A stretch of 64,000 nucleotides of DNA. Source: Isurus oxyrinchus (lineage: Eukaryota). The notes under the pieces were generated by a model. The model worked only from the letters and a program-made list of their open reading frames with translations. It ran no database searches and had not been told where the DNA came from. A program made the translations under genes and the position numbers. Positions 50,950 through 63,459 of the stretch are shown piece by piece (position 1 is the first letter of the stretch; each line of letters begins with the position of its first letter). The stretch is from contig JANJGN010000031.1 in NCBI GenBank assembly GCA_026770705.1, forward strand, positions 10,540,001 through 10,604,000. Reading direction: 5' to 3'.

Positions 50950-51970
50950 CCCACATCTTCCTTCCTCTATGGCGTGATCACACTCATACTGACCCTCAGC
51001 AGCCTCCTGAGGTCGCTAGGCCTCTGGATCTTCATCCCCCAATGAGTTCTCAAGCTCCTCCACTTCATTCTCTGGCAGGGGGTCACCTCTTTACATTGCC
51101 AGATTGTGAAGGGTGCAACACACTGTGATGATGTGGGAAACCCTGTCAGGAGTGTATTGTACCTGAGCAGTGCAAGCATCAGAATTGCAACTTCAGAAGC
51201 CCTATGGTCTGCTCTACAAGGGAGCATGTGGAGCTGTGAGCAGTGTTGCACCTCTCCTGGGAACGACTCTGAGGGCGATGCACCGGTGTCATTGGCCAGC
51301 GTTTCAGTGGGTACCCCTTATTCCTAAGCAGCCATCCCTGCAGAGGTTATGGCCCCTCGAAAATCTCAGGCACCTGGGAGTGACTCAGGATGTAGGAGTC
51401 ATGGCAGCTCCCAGGGTACCGTGCACAAATGTGCAGTATGTACTTCCTGTGATCACACGCCAATTGTACATTGATGGAATGATAGCCCTTGCGGTTTATA
51501 AACTTTAGGGGCTGCTGCCATGGAGCCCGTATAGCCACATCGGTGCAGCCTATTGCACCCTGTACTTTTGGGAAGCCTGAGATTGCAGCGAAGCAGTGAA
51601 TCTTGCAACCTGGCTATCTTCATCCAGGACAAACCTGACGTCATGCTGGGCCTTCCTGTAAAGGGCATCTGTGACCTCCTTTATGCATCAATGTGTTATG
51701 GACTGAGAGATGCCACACAGGTCCCCTGTTGATCCTTGGAAAGAACCAGAGGCAAAGAAATTTAGCACTGCAGTCATCTTCAAAGCCATTGGCAGGGGAT
51801 ACCCCCCAATTGCACATGGCGTCAGGTCTTCATGAAGAATGTGGCATATGTGATGTACCAGAGCTCAGGACAAGCGCAGACATGCACGGCACTGCCTCTC
51901 ACTCATTTGTAAATAGGAGACTTCTACGATAAACTTTAGATCTAGCGAGTTGCCCCCGTTGTCTGGGTCT
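50950..51970 (-). pseudogene. Harbinger (HARBI1-like) DDE transposase, disrupted
   Basis: GFPKVQGAIGCTDVAIRAP...FINRKGYHSINVQLACD...RYPGSCHDSYIL...GYPL...EQTIGLLK, with internal stops. Confidence 0.85.
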
Positions 51971-52419
51971 CTCCTCCTCAACCTCCTGTTCATGCTCTGG
52001 CTCCGCTTGACCACGTCCCTCCTGCTGGAGCTGCGTGCGGAGTCACCTTGCTCTCCTTCACCTCCTGCATTGCATTAGAACCTTGACAAAGGTAGCACTA
52101 GCCCTGGATCTTTTTGTGCTTTTTCCTTCTCTCTGAAAGAAAACATTTGGAGACATTACTGATTCAAAGGGCAAGAGGTGTAGCTTAGAAGGTGAAATGT
52201 ATGGAAACTGTAGGAGTCCATAGTTTTTCCTGCCCTACTTACATGGTGGCTGCCTCATCCCTGAGACACTAGTACATACATCGAGGTGACCAAGATGGCA
52301 TTGCAGATATGGAACATCTGGAGCCTGTGTGGGATGCTAAAGTTTAATTGAGATGAGTGGCCCAACCTAGCTCTGTGCTCCAATCTCTGATGTGGAGTAT
52401 CAATAACCAATCAGTTTTA

Positions 52420-52680
52420 AAAAATTCATTTATGGGATGTGGGCATCGCTGGCTAGGCCAGCATTTATTGACCATCCCTGTGAAGGTGGTGGTGAGCTGC
52501 CTTCTTGAACTGTTGTAGTCCATGTGGTGTAGGTACACCCTCCATGCTGTTAGGGAGGGAGTTCCAGGATTTTGACCCAGCGACAGTGAAGGGACAGCGA
52601 TGTATTTCCAAGTCAGGATGGTGAGTGGCTTAGAGGGGAGCTTGCAGGTATTGGTGCCCCCATGTGTCTGCTATGAGTGG
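52420..52680 (-). mobile_element. LINE/SINE 3' fragment nested in the Harbinger
   Basis: TTCATTTATGGGATGTGGGCATCGCTGGCTAGGCCAGCATTTATTG, also seen at ~34240 and ~57050. Confidence 0.65.
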
Positions 52681-53854
52681 ATGCCCTTTGGCTGATTAGG
52701 AGTGTCCAGTCTGGTGAACAGGTGATAGGCCTCCATTGATGGAATGCCATACATGATACAGCTGTGCCTCCTTCCCTATTGTCTGAATTCCCAAATTCTA
52801 AATTCCTACGTGTTACTCTTGAGATGTGGCGACTGTGATGTGAAAAAGCCACTGAGATCTGAGTAGCCCTTTAACAGTGCTAATGAAGTCATTGGCTTTC
52901 AGTGGCTTTCATCGCAAAGAGGTCTTCCTCCTTTGTTTCTAAGTAGATTCCTGTTCACGCCTGCAGCCACAAGAAGTTAGAGGGCGACCCCAGAAAGGGC
53001 CCCTCATGTTCTCCCTTCCCCCTCACTGCCATTTCACAGCCTTCCCTCCCCATTGTCCCCTCGTGTTTGCCCTTTCTCCTCACTGCCATTCCACAGTCCT
53101 CCTCTCCCCCCCCACCCCCATTGCCACCTTGTGTTCAAAATTTCCACCCATGCCTCATAGCCCCCCCCTTTGGTTGAAGTGCTATTTTCTGAAAGTGGAT
53201 GCCTGCTTGAGTGCCACAGCACAGTGGTGTTCTTTAGGACAATGTAGGCAGGCAAAGAGCAGGAGTAGACCAACAAGACCCCCGCAGCGCTATGGCAGGT
53301 AGGAGATGTATGTTACACTCATCTCAAAGTTAACAGTGAACTGAGGTCCTCCTTGTGCACTCCACCCCTTTTCAAACGGGTTTGAGGCCGATGTAATTTC
53401 CCGCTGGCAAGATTGGAAGACGTGACAAGGTTCCGGTGAGCAGCTGTTTTAATGAGCATTCATGAGATGTTAATGAATGCAAGTGGCGTTCATGACACTA
53501 GTCGGTGGGACAACTGAACCGCCACAAACCCACCACCGGAAGAATTGCAAACTGTTTTTACATTGGTGGATTTCTGACTTTCTGCCTGCTGCTGGATTCT
53601 CTATTCCTGCCCACCACGAAACCTGCCACAGGCGGGATGGGAATATTCCGCCCAAATGATGTGGCAAACCCTTTGACATAGAGGAGCAGTGAAGCATGGA
53701 GAATAACATGTCTGATTGCCTTACAATTCCCAGATAACAATCTTGGCTTTTTAAATTTGATTCAGTGTCATTGTGATGGGCCCAGAGGCACAGAAAACAT
53801 TTCCTTTTCCCAATACATATTGAGTCCCTTGTTACCATAATCATGCTTGACAAA

Positions 53855-55095
53855 TCTACTGGAATTTTTCAAGGATGTAACTAGTAGAGTTGATGAGGGG
53901 GAGCCAGTGGATGTGGTTTATTTGGACTTTTAGAAGGCTTTCGACAAAGTCCCACATAAGAGATTGGGAATGTGCAACGAGATCTTGGTGTAAAATTAAA
54001 GTGCATGGGATTGAGGGTAGTGTATTGAGATGGAAACAACCAGAAAACTGGTTGGCATACAGGAAACAAAGAGTTGGAATAAACGGGTCTTTTTCCAAAT
54101 GGCAGGCAGTGACTAGTGGGGTACCACAGGGATCAGTGCTGGGACCCTAGCTATTTACAATATATATTAATGATTTAGATGAGGGAACTAAATGTAATAT
54201 CTCCAAATTTGCAGATGACACAAAGCTGGGTGGGAGGGTGAGCTGTGAGGAGGATGCAGAGATGCTTCAGTGTGATTGGACAAGCTGAGTGAGTGGGCAA
54301 ATGCATGGCAGATGCAGTATAATGTGAGGTTATCCATTTTGGTAGCAAAAACAGGAAGGCAGATTATTTTCTGAATGGCTATAAATTGAGAGAGGGGAAT
54401 GTGCAACGAGATCTGGGTGTCCTTGTACACCAGTCGCTGAAGGTAAGCATGCAGGTGCAGGTGGTAAAGATGGCAAATGGTATGTTGGCCTTCATAGCCA
54501 GAGGCTTCGAGTACAGGAAAAGGGATGTCTTGCCGCAATTGTACAGGGCCTTGGTGAGACTACACCTGGAATATTGTGTGCAGTTTTGGTCTCCTTATCT
54601 GAGGAAGGATGTACTTGCTATAGAGGAAGTGCAGCGAAGGTTTACCCAACTGACATATGAGGGGAGATTGAGTTGATTAGGATTATATTCGCTGGAATTC
54701 AGAAGAATGAGGGGGGATCTCATAGAAACCTATAAAATTCTAACAAGACTAGACAGGGTTGATGCAGGAAGGATGTGGGGGATGGTGGGGGAGTCCAGAA
54801 CCAGCGCCCACAGTCTGAGGATAAGGGGTCGACCATTTAGGACTGAGATGAGGAGAAATTTCTTCACCCAGAGAGTGGTGAGCCTTTGGAATTCGTTACC
54901 ACAGAAAGTAGTTCAGACCAAAACATTGTATGCTTTCAAGAAGGAGTTAGATGTAGCTCTTGGGGTGAAAGGGATCAAAGGGTATGGGTAGAAAGCGGGA
55001 GCAGGCTAATGAGTTGGATGCTCATCCATGATCATAATGAAGGGCGGAGCAGGCTCGAAGGACTCAATGGCCTACTCCTGCTCCTAGTTTCTATA
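53855..55095 (+). mobile_element. CR1 LINE, RT domain through the 3' tail
   Basis: SGVPQGSVLGP, FADDTKLG, LYRALVRLHLEYCVQFWSP, RNFFTQRVVSLWNSLP. Confidence 0.92.
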
Positions 55096-55349
55096 ATTTC
55101 TGCTGCTTAAAGGAAAGGCTTCTTGTGTTGATCTAAACAGGAGGATAGATGATGGGATAATTCAGTAGAAACAGTTTACATGTAAATTTCAACACTGAAA
55201 AATAACAGCTCAAATTTATAACTGTTGACTGGAATTCACAGGGCTCGATTCAGCCTTTGACTAATATTGTCCAATCTTTAAAGCTAAACTCCTGTAATGA
55301 TGCTGTATTAATGAGATATTACAAACACAGACTACCAATACTTCTGAGA

Positions 55350-55700
55350 AGTTGTTTCCCTTAGCTGGAGAATCTAGAAATGTTTCCCTTTGCTGGAGAG
55401 TCTAGAAATTGGGGGCATAGTGTTAGGAAAAGGGGGCCAACCATTTGGAACTGAGATGAGCAGAGATTTATTCACCACAGGGTTGTGAATCTTTGGAATT
55501 CTCTACCCAGAGGGCTGTGGCTGCTCAGCTGATGAGTGTATTCAAGACTGAGATTTTTGTGCATGACAGGGATTGTGGGATTATGGGGATTGGGCAGGAA
55601 AGGGGAGTTGATGTCAAAGATCAGCCATGATCTAATTAAATACTGAAGCAGGCTTGAGAGTCCGTATACTCTCACTCCTGTTCCTATTTCTTATGCTCTT
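55350..55700 (+). mobile_element. CR1 3' fragment starting with a 28-bp tandem duplication
   Basis: TGTTTCCCTT(A/T)GCTGGAGA(A/G)TCTAGAAA twice; CR1 tail. Confidence 0.8.
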
Positions 55701-56157
55701 ATCATATGTCTTTATGCTCTGAGTTTCACCCATTGGGAGTTCAAAACAGAAATCTGAGACAGGGTTATGTGCAGCCTGTGGGATTTGCTATCAGGAACAC
55801 ATATTTGTAAAATCTACCTTAAGTCTGCATAATTTATCTTGGCTTTCCAAAAACTAATTTTAAAAGCTGTTCAAAAATAAAATCAAACCACAAATGTATG
55901 TCTCAATCAGTTAGAAGGTCACCTTCATCCGTGAAGTCATAATTGGCAGCCGTGTGACAGCTCAAACTACAAGATGTCAAAGTGAAATTCGTGACTTCAC
56001 TAAAGCAGGAAGCAAAGTTTGCAAAGAAACGACAGCCCCGCAGTAAGAAGTTTTGTTCGGGAGGAACCAAATAAGTTACTGTCAAAACAACAAATTGACA
56101 ATATAACGCTAATGATTTTTCTGTGATTGACAAGAAGTCCAAACCCAAGGATCTAGA

Positions 56158-56552
56158 GTCATAGAGGCCTACAGCACAGAAAAAGTCCCCTTGGCCCATC
56201 TAGTCTGTGCCGGTTAAACAAGCACCTAACTATTCTAATCCGATTTTCCAGCGCTAGGCCCATAGCCTTGTATGCCATGTGGCATCGCAAGTGCACATCC
56301 AAGTACTTCTTAAATGTTACGAGGGTTTCTGCCCCTACCACCCTTTCAGGCAGTGACCTCCAGATTCCCACCACCCTCTGGGTGAAAAAATTCCTCACAT
56401 ACTCTCTGAACCTCCTGTCCCTTACCTTAAATCTATGCCCTCTGGTTATTGATCCCTCCACCAAGGGGAAAAGTTCCTTCCTGTCTACCCTATCTATGCC
56501 ACTCATAATTTTATACACCTCAATCATGTCTCTCCTCAGTCTTCTCCGCTCT
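56158..56552 (-). mobile_element. CR1 3' fragment
   Basis: LERRRLRRDMIEVYKIMSGIDRVD...FFTQRVVGIW. Confidence 0.88.
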
Positions 56553-59500
56553 AATTGCCAGTGTGACAATGTCAAGCATCAAACAGAATAATACAAATCC
56601 ATTTCTTGTCAATGTAACACTGGCAATTCAGTCGTTTTTTTGAAATTTAATGTGAGAAAGTGATTGGGAACTATGGAAATGAACCCTCCACTTACACATG
56701 CAAGTCTTTCTTTTATCAGCTTGATGAGAGCAGTGAGGCCGTAAAAGTTTTTCAGGAGGTAAGTTGGGAAACAATTCTGCATGCAAAATGTAGAAGTTTG
56801 AACCCTCTGCTGCATCTGGCAGTTGATGCTGAGTCAGTTATTAATTTTAAATCTGAGGTTGACAGACTTTGGAAAATCAAAGCCATATGGTGCAAAAGTG
56901 GGTACATGGGGTTAGGTCACAGAACAGCCATAATTGCATTGAATGGCAGAAGAAGCTTAAAGGGCTGAATGATCTGCTCCAGTTCCCATATCCGCAATTC
57001 AGTACTGAATTTCTTTGGTCCAATAATGGAGTCACAAAACACTTCTTGAATTCATTCATGGGATGTGGGTGTTGCTGGCAAGGCCAGTTTTTATTGCCCA
57101 TCTTTCCAGAAGTGATGGTGAGCCACCTTCGCGAAAAAATCCATGTGGTAATGGTTATATTGTGTTGTTGTTAGGCAGGAAGTTCTGTGACTTTGACCCA
57201 GTGACGACCAAGGATTGGCGATATATTTCCAAGTCAGGATAGTTTGTGTCCACAGTCATATGCCAAATGGTTCATAATTTTACATTGGAGGGGACCACCC
57301 TGAATTATGAGAAATATTTAAGAAACATCTCCAGGTACATTCTTTCTTCAGGAGACTAAACAAGAAATTATATGTTGGCTCGTTTGGACAAATCAGAAAG
57401 CATCGCTTACCCGTTGAGTTGGAAAATTCCTAAATCTCTCTGTGAAGCAGGAGTTATGATGACACAAAATCAAAAAGGCAGTCTCTATTATTTTGGAAAC
57501 AAGTGCTAGGCAGGCAGTTGGACAGCAAAAGAGATAAAACTTAAAAGAGGCTTGGTTGGTGGCTGTAGAACAGAATGCTGGATGTTTATTCTGTTTCAGA
57601 TGAAGTGGAGTGGTGCTACATTATGTTATAAAAATAATGAATATACAAAGAGAATTTTACCAATTAACCATATCTATTGCTTTGTACATTAACCTTACTG
57701 TTGAATAAAGCAGTTTAATGCTTCAAACAAAATGTTGTCTTCTCTCATGTTAAGTCTTTGGAGGGTGTAAAATTTACATGTAAAAGAGACAGTGACCCAG
57801 TCAAATTTGCAAATTTTCATACCACTAGTTTCTGTTATCATACAAGCAGTAATAGGGCAATGGGAACCAGCTACTATGCTCAGGCCACTTGCAGGGAATG
57901 ACTGATACCACCAAACTCAAAGAGGTATCTACATCGGACCCGTATCCAGAGCGGACCTGAATTTGTGGCAGTTAACTGGTAGACTGGTTACACTGGTGAT
58001 GAAGACTTTATAAGGATATTTAAGATTTCAAAATGATGGAACAGAAACAACACTTTCTAAAATAGAAACCAGCGCAGAAGAGGGAGAAATTAAGAGAGTA
58101 TTTCAGTCAGAGAAATAAGTCTAAATTAAGAGCATGGGTGCAAGAAAAAGTATTTGGAATGTGCCCAAACCATTATGGTGATCAGAGGGAAGTCAACCAT
58201 ATTCACTCAACCACAGTGTCTCAATCACTAACAGTGCTGTAAGTTCAACCTAACTGAAAGCAGAAATGCATTGTAGAGTTATTTTCATGAAACAAGTGGC
58301 TGGAGGGGCTGATTGGCCTACTCCAAAATTCCTATAAATAGGCTGCAAGCGCACTCTGGGCTGCTGATCTGAGTGCAGCACGTTGTGAGCTTGACAATAG
58401 GCACTACCCTGCTTTCAGCACAGTGATAGGTTTGTAGGGAAGAACAATTAGTCAAATTGGAGTTGATTAATAGGGAGCATTCCTTGTAAGAGGAGTGTCA
58501 TTGGCATGAACTTGCTCTGAAGGACAACTCACCTCACAACTATTAGCATCAGATCGAACTGTTGCTCTGTGCATGTGAAGCTATAGGATGACTCACTTCT
58601 AAAAGAAGTTCCTCATCCAGGACATATGTTATAAGCATATATTTTTGGATTAAGCTGTTGTAGTTCTCTGTACGATCTTTTGAGTTTGGCCATTCATGAG
58701 AATTTTTGCTGTGCTCACAGCTAAAACTTTGGGTTTTAATGACAGAGCAACCATTTAGAAAGACTTGCATTTACACAGATGTTTCACATCCCAAAGTACT
58801 TTATATGAAGTACTATTGAAGTATACTTACTGTTGTAATGTAGAAAGTGGCAGTCAATTTGTACACAGTAAGCTCACACAAACAACAATGTAATAATGAA
58901 CAGAATCTTGCAAGTGATGGTTGAGGGCTAAACAGCATCTAGGACACAGGGGAGAACACCCTTGTTCTTTATTGATATTGCAGCATGGAATTTCTCTGGC
59001 ATCTAACTGAGAAGGCAGATGGGACTTTGGTTTAGCTTCTCATCTGAAGGATGGCACCTCTGACCATGCAACATTCCTCCAGAGTGGATAATGTGTTCAA
59101 GTTTCTAGAGTGGGACTTGGAACCCACGATGTTCTGACTCAAAGTGTTTCCCATGGAGCTACACCTTGCACGTTTTCAACTGTAAATCCAACGGAGGAGA
59201 AAGGGAGGGATTGGGAAGTGCCAACATGTATTCTTCTTTCCCTGAATAAAAATGGTGGTGCTCCTTTTCATGCATTACAGCTTCTGTTGAAATAGTAAGG
59301 TACAGTTCTTGGGCTGGCCATCAGAGGGAGCAATGAGCACACCCTCTGATTTCAAGCCAAGTGCCCACTCTCCACATTTACAGGCCACTTGGGATGTTAA
59401 CCTGCTGCTTGTCTCTTGGATTCTCTGTTTTCATTTCAGATTTCCAGCATCAATAGTATTTTGTTCTTTTGCTCAATATTTACACATATTGACTATTCAA

Positions 59501-62360
59501 TCCTCCATCTTCTGTTGGGAGGGTGCAGTTACAATAATATCCAACAACCTCATGGTGTCATTGGTAAGCTTACAATGCCTTTGCTGCTCAGCAGCGTCAC
59601 CAAAAGGCAGCATGGCATTACTGCAGCCTTACAATGGCCAATGGAATAAGACTGGTGGAATAGTGAGGCTGTTCGATCTGCTTTTAGTTCTTGCTATGGT
59701 GATGCTTTAACAGTCCCTTTTTTATTTGTTAGAAAGGGTTAATCATACCTAGCACTAAACTGGAGGTAAAATGAGTGATTCAGGATGTGTTATGCTGAAG
59801 GCTGAATGATCCCATTGTCCGTAGTTGAAACAATCTCAAAGAAAAACACCATCGTTCACTTAAGTTTAAAAGAAACAGGTTTATTATACAAAATCATCCT
59901 GTGCCTACTTGGGCTGGGCCTTTGGTGTAAATAAACTTACACGAATTGGCTCCAAGAGGGGCAGGAGTGAGGATGAACTGGGAGAGGCTCTGGCTGATTT
60001 GAGAGACAGAACAGCCGAGATTGGACCAGGCAAGTTGCAGGACCGACTGTCTATTCATGTGCTAATACAGTAGGCTGAACCCAGGTCCTCAAAGCCACCA
60101 GTCTTCTGTAACCCGTTTGGTCGATACACACAATTCATCTACAATCCAAGCAGCCTATAAATGCTATCATACTATCAGTGGAGAGAGGGCACTGGTCAAA
60201 GAAAATAGAGGCTTTGCTTCTTGTTTCAATAGAAAAAAGTGGTACTCTTCCATTTTTATCTGGGAAAAGAGCACATTAATAACTCATCAGGATCTCTCTC
60301 CCCTCGGCTTTACCATTGGAAATATATCAGCCATGGCTCAGGGGTAATATGCTTCTTGTAATTTTAATGGGTTCCATCTCCACTCCAGCCACCCTGTATC
60401 ATCCCATTTAATCGGCCACTTGGATTGTTGATCAGTACCAAGCTGTGCAACTTGCCTCACATAGCTATAACTTTCAAAAGGGAATTAGGTGTGTACTGCA
60501 AAAGAAAAAAACATACAAGGCTATGGGGAGTAGGTCTAATTGGATAGGTCTCCCAAAAAAAGCCATTACAGACTTATGATGTCTTGTCTGCCTCAGACTA
60601 GAGACCCTTGGCCCCAAATTAATATGGCACACTGGTCCCTCAGTGTTGGAAACGACCCAAAGACCTGCTCTCTACACACACAGAATTCACAAGCTTTCCC
60701 AGAGACTCTTATGCAAGAGATGTTGGGATTTAATGTCTTTGTCTTGAGTCAAAGGAAGTGCTACATACTGTATGATGAGCCTCCAGGACTATACAACAAG
60801 GGTTAGGGCTCCAACTCAGGTTGGATGTATTCCTGGCAGTTTCATCATGTGACATCCCATCTCCAATCACCCACCAGTCAAACAGCCATTGTCCTGTCTC
60901 AAATCAATTAAAGTGTCCAAAGTAAGTTGTTATAAACCTTTTTAAAAAGATTTTTCTCTCAGGTTGCTCATAGCGATATCCAGGAAATTAACCTTTAATT
61001 TTAAAGTGTAGTTACTGTTACAATGCAGGAAATGTGTCAGCCAATTTATGCACAGCAAGATCTCCAATGGTTATATATTTATGGCTGGGAAATAAAGTCA
61101 AACGTGTACCAACAAGAATGAAGGGTGGGACTATCCACTAGGCAGAGGCCAATCCATACTACACACAAATGTTTCTTTTATACATATGTTGTATTAAATA
61201 AACCAGGAACCATGATAAAGGTCAGACTCTGGCCCAACCCTTAGGATCATGTTGAACACATAACCTAATCCAACTAGAACCCATGACATTTACAAAGAGT
61301 CTATTCCGTCTCACGTAGTTTACATTGTCCTTGTTCGGACGATGGCCCAGGAGTCATAATAGTTAGATGCTGGTGGGGGATGGGGTTAGATTCTTCCTCG
61401 ATGGGGCAGCTAAGGTGAGCTGAAGGGCCTAGCCCAACTCACTGTTTTGTGACTGTATAGTTCTAGCTGCCTCTATGGCTGTTTTATTGTTCTATTGCTA
61501 GGCAGCTGTCCTGGGGAATTGTGCCAGTTGCTGGTGAAGCTATGCTCTGCTTCCATATAAACAGTGTCATTCTTTCAAGCATGGTGTAGGAAAGCCATTG
61601 TTAGTACGGGTGTCCTACTGGCTCCATCCACCATGTGGACAGGAAGTGCAAGAGAAACAAGGTGCCTGTTGGCTTGGCCAAAGATCAATGACCTCTCCAC
61701 CACCAGTCTCACACTCCAATATTGCCTCCCCAGCTGCAGTAGATTCTTAACTCATTCCCAACCATTTATGGTTCCCACTTAGACACAGGGCTAGTTTCAC
61801 TTCAGTGATCCCTCCATTGCTGAATTAGACACAATGTTTAGTGTTTGTCAGAAATGGTGCATATGAAAAAAAACTGAACTCATAACTGCTGTATATTTCA
61901 AATAATTACAGCTGTCACTTTCAGAAAATAGCCATGTAATCAGAGACTGTTCCAGCTCTAAATTCTAGCTGGATTAATGGGCTTCAGTTCAAAGCCTGCA
62001 ATGGGAAAAGGCTGAAGCTATGTCTGTCATCCATCCAGACCTAGGAGAGAGTGAACCTAGGGTATTTGGAAGGTTGGTTAGATATTCAGGATTCAGACAA
62101 GAGGGAAGAGTCACCCCTCTGATGATATGCACACATAGGTATGTACATACATTAATAAACACCCTACAACACTACAGTTCAGGAGACAGAATCGGATTGT
62201 TTTGGTTCTCTAAAAATCATACATAGGATGTAAGGCACTTGCCGTCCATAAAAGCTTACTTCCTCCTATCATTATTTTTGGTCCCACTTTTCAGATAACT
62301 TCTCTCAATGTAAATTGTTGTGTCAACATTTCCTATTAAATTTCATTATGTCAACAGTCA

Positions 62361-62395
62361 CTGCAATTGTAGGCTCTGGCCAGTAGGTGGCGCTA
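62361..62395 (+). promoter_or_regulatory. Strong CTCF site (core plus upstream motif)
   Basis: TGGCCAGTAGGTGGCGCTA at 62377-62395 is a full core match; CTGCAATTG upstream motif at the usual spacing. Confidence 0.7.
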
Positions 62396-62527
62396 CAATA
62401 CATTTCTGAAGTGACAACTCCATTGTCTTGTACTTAAAAACAAGTCTATTCTCAGTCGACTAGGAAGACTGCCACTTGTGGATTTACTGGCCTATAAAAA
62501 GAATTTGCAAACCAGAAAAGGTACAAA

Positions 62528-62533
62528 TTTATT
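62528..62533 (-). terminator. Probable poly(A) signal of the CDKL gene
   Basis: AATAAA on minus, ~385 nt after the stop codon. Confidence 0.5.
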
Positions 62534-62917
62534 GTAAGTTGGTCACCACTTCAGCTGTACGTTTCAGGTATCTTCATATATTTAAACAGGGGCCTGGCCA
62601 TCAGGAGAATTACTATTTGCCAACCACACATTGCAATATTAGCACAGGCCTGTCACACAACTCGATGGAGTTGACATTCACTTGGGGGTTGGATTTCCTG
62701 CACAAAAATTGTGCCAAATCAAGAGCGCAATTTCTTACCAAAGACAAATTCCTCTCCAGTGCCTAACCCCTTCCTTAAATGCCCACAACTGAATGACCAA
62801 GTCTCTTGAAATGCAGAGTGGTTTTGGAAGCAGTTGTCAGGAGTTCCACTTGGTGGGGAAGTTGTGGAAGTGCAGGTGGGTGTTTGGCTGGGCTCGCTGG
62901 CTTTTGCTACCATATAG

Positions 62918-63019
62918 TCAGATGTTGGGCAAGTGATGGTCGTACTTGTGCCGGTGGTACTTCTTGGTCTCAGGTGCTGGCGAGATGTTGCTGCTCGTTA
63001 GTTGAGGCAGGTACTGGAG
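62918..63019 (-). CDS. CDKL1: Last coding exon of a cyclin-dependent kinase-like (CDKL1/CDKL4 family) gene; exact orthology uncertain
   Basis: Acceptor TTTTCTCCTCTGCTCTCCTAG; phase 0; LQYLPQLTSSNISPAPETKKYHRHKYDHHLPNI* versus recalled human CDKL1 LQYLPQLTGSSILPALDNKKYYCDTKKLNYRFPNI; too short for the ORF track. Confidence 0.85.
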   Translation of the reverse strand, partial: LQYLPQLTSSNISPAPETKKYHRHKYDHHLPNI

Positions 63020-63459
63020 CTAGGAGAGCAGAGGAGAAAAAAAACAAATGAGAAGGTACAATCACAATCTCTTCTCATAGTGCAGGCTATTTGGTCTCAA
63101 GGTTTATTGCAGTCCAGCCTCCTCACATTTACGATGCATTTTCCAAAGGGACAACTGGATAGTAACGAAGAGCATGAACACTAACTCATTCCTGATCCCT
63201 ACAGCAACAATATCCATCTTCCACCTATTGTTCCAGCTAAGATAGACTAACTCAGCACAGGGCAGGAATGATCCCTGGTCTGTTGTAACTCAGCAACCAT
63301 ACTGGGTTGTGTGTTTACCCAGGACTTTAGCACACCGAGGCAGACACTTCAGTACAGTCCTGAGGGAGTTCTGCACTGTCAGAGGCGCTGTTAGCCAAAT
63401 GTGACATTAAACCAAGGCTCCTTGCCCAGGCAATCTGGATATAGGACTGGAGACTGCAA

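Larger units (their letters stand above)
48220..53653. mobile_element. Full-length but decayed PIF/Harbinger DNA transposon with two convergent genes
   Basis: TIRs GGGCAGAATTTTCC and revcomp GGGCGGAATATTCC; 3-bp TSD AAA on both sides; Myb/SANT gene on plus; DDE nuclease on minus. Confidence 0.88.

Noticed and set aside
55870-58200. Possible GEMIN6 or other plus-strand gene expected from human synteny
   Set aside because: Candidate acceptors (57351, 57599) give no GEMIN6-like translation.
58300-58345. CCAAT plus TATA promoter-like pair
   Set aside because: It matches a degenerate CR1 3' tail (GGGCTGAATGGCCTACTCC...CCTAT).
61085-61790. Possible LTR-retrotransposon remnant
   Set aside because: Too degenerate to identify motifs or termini by eye.
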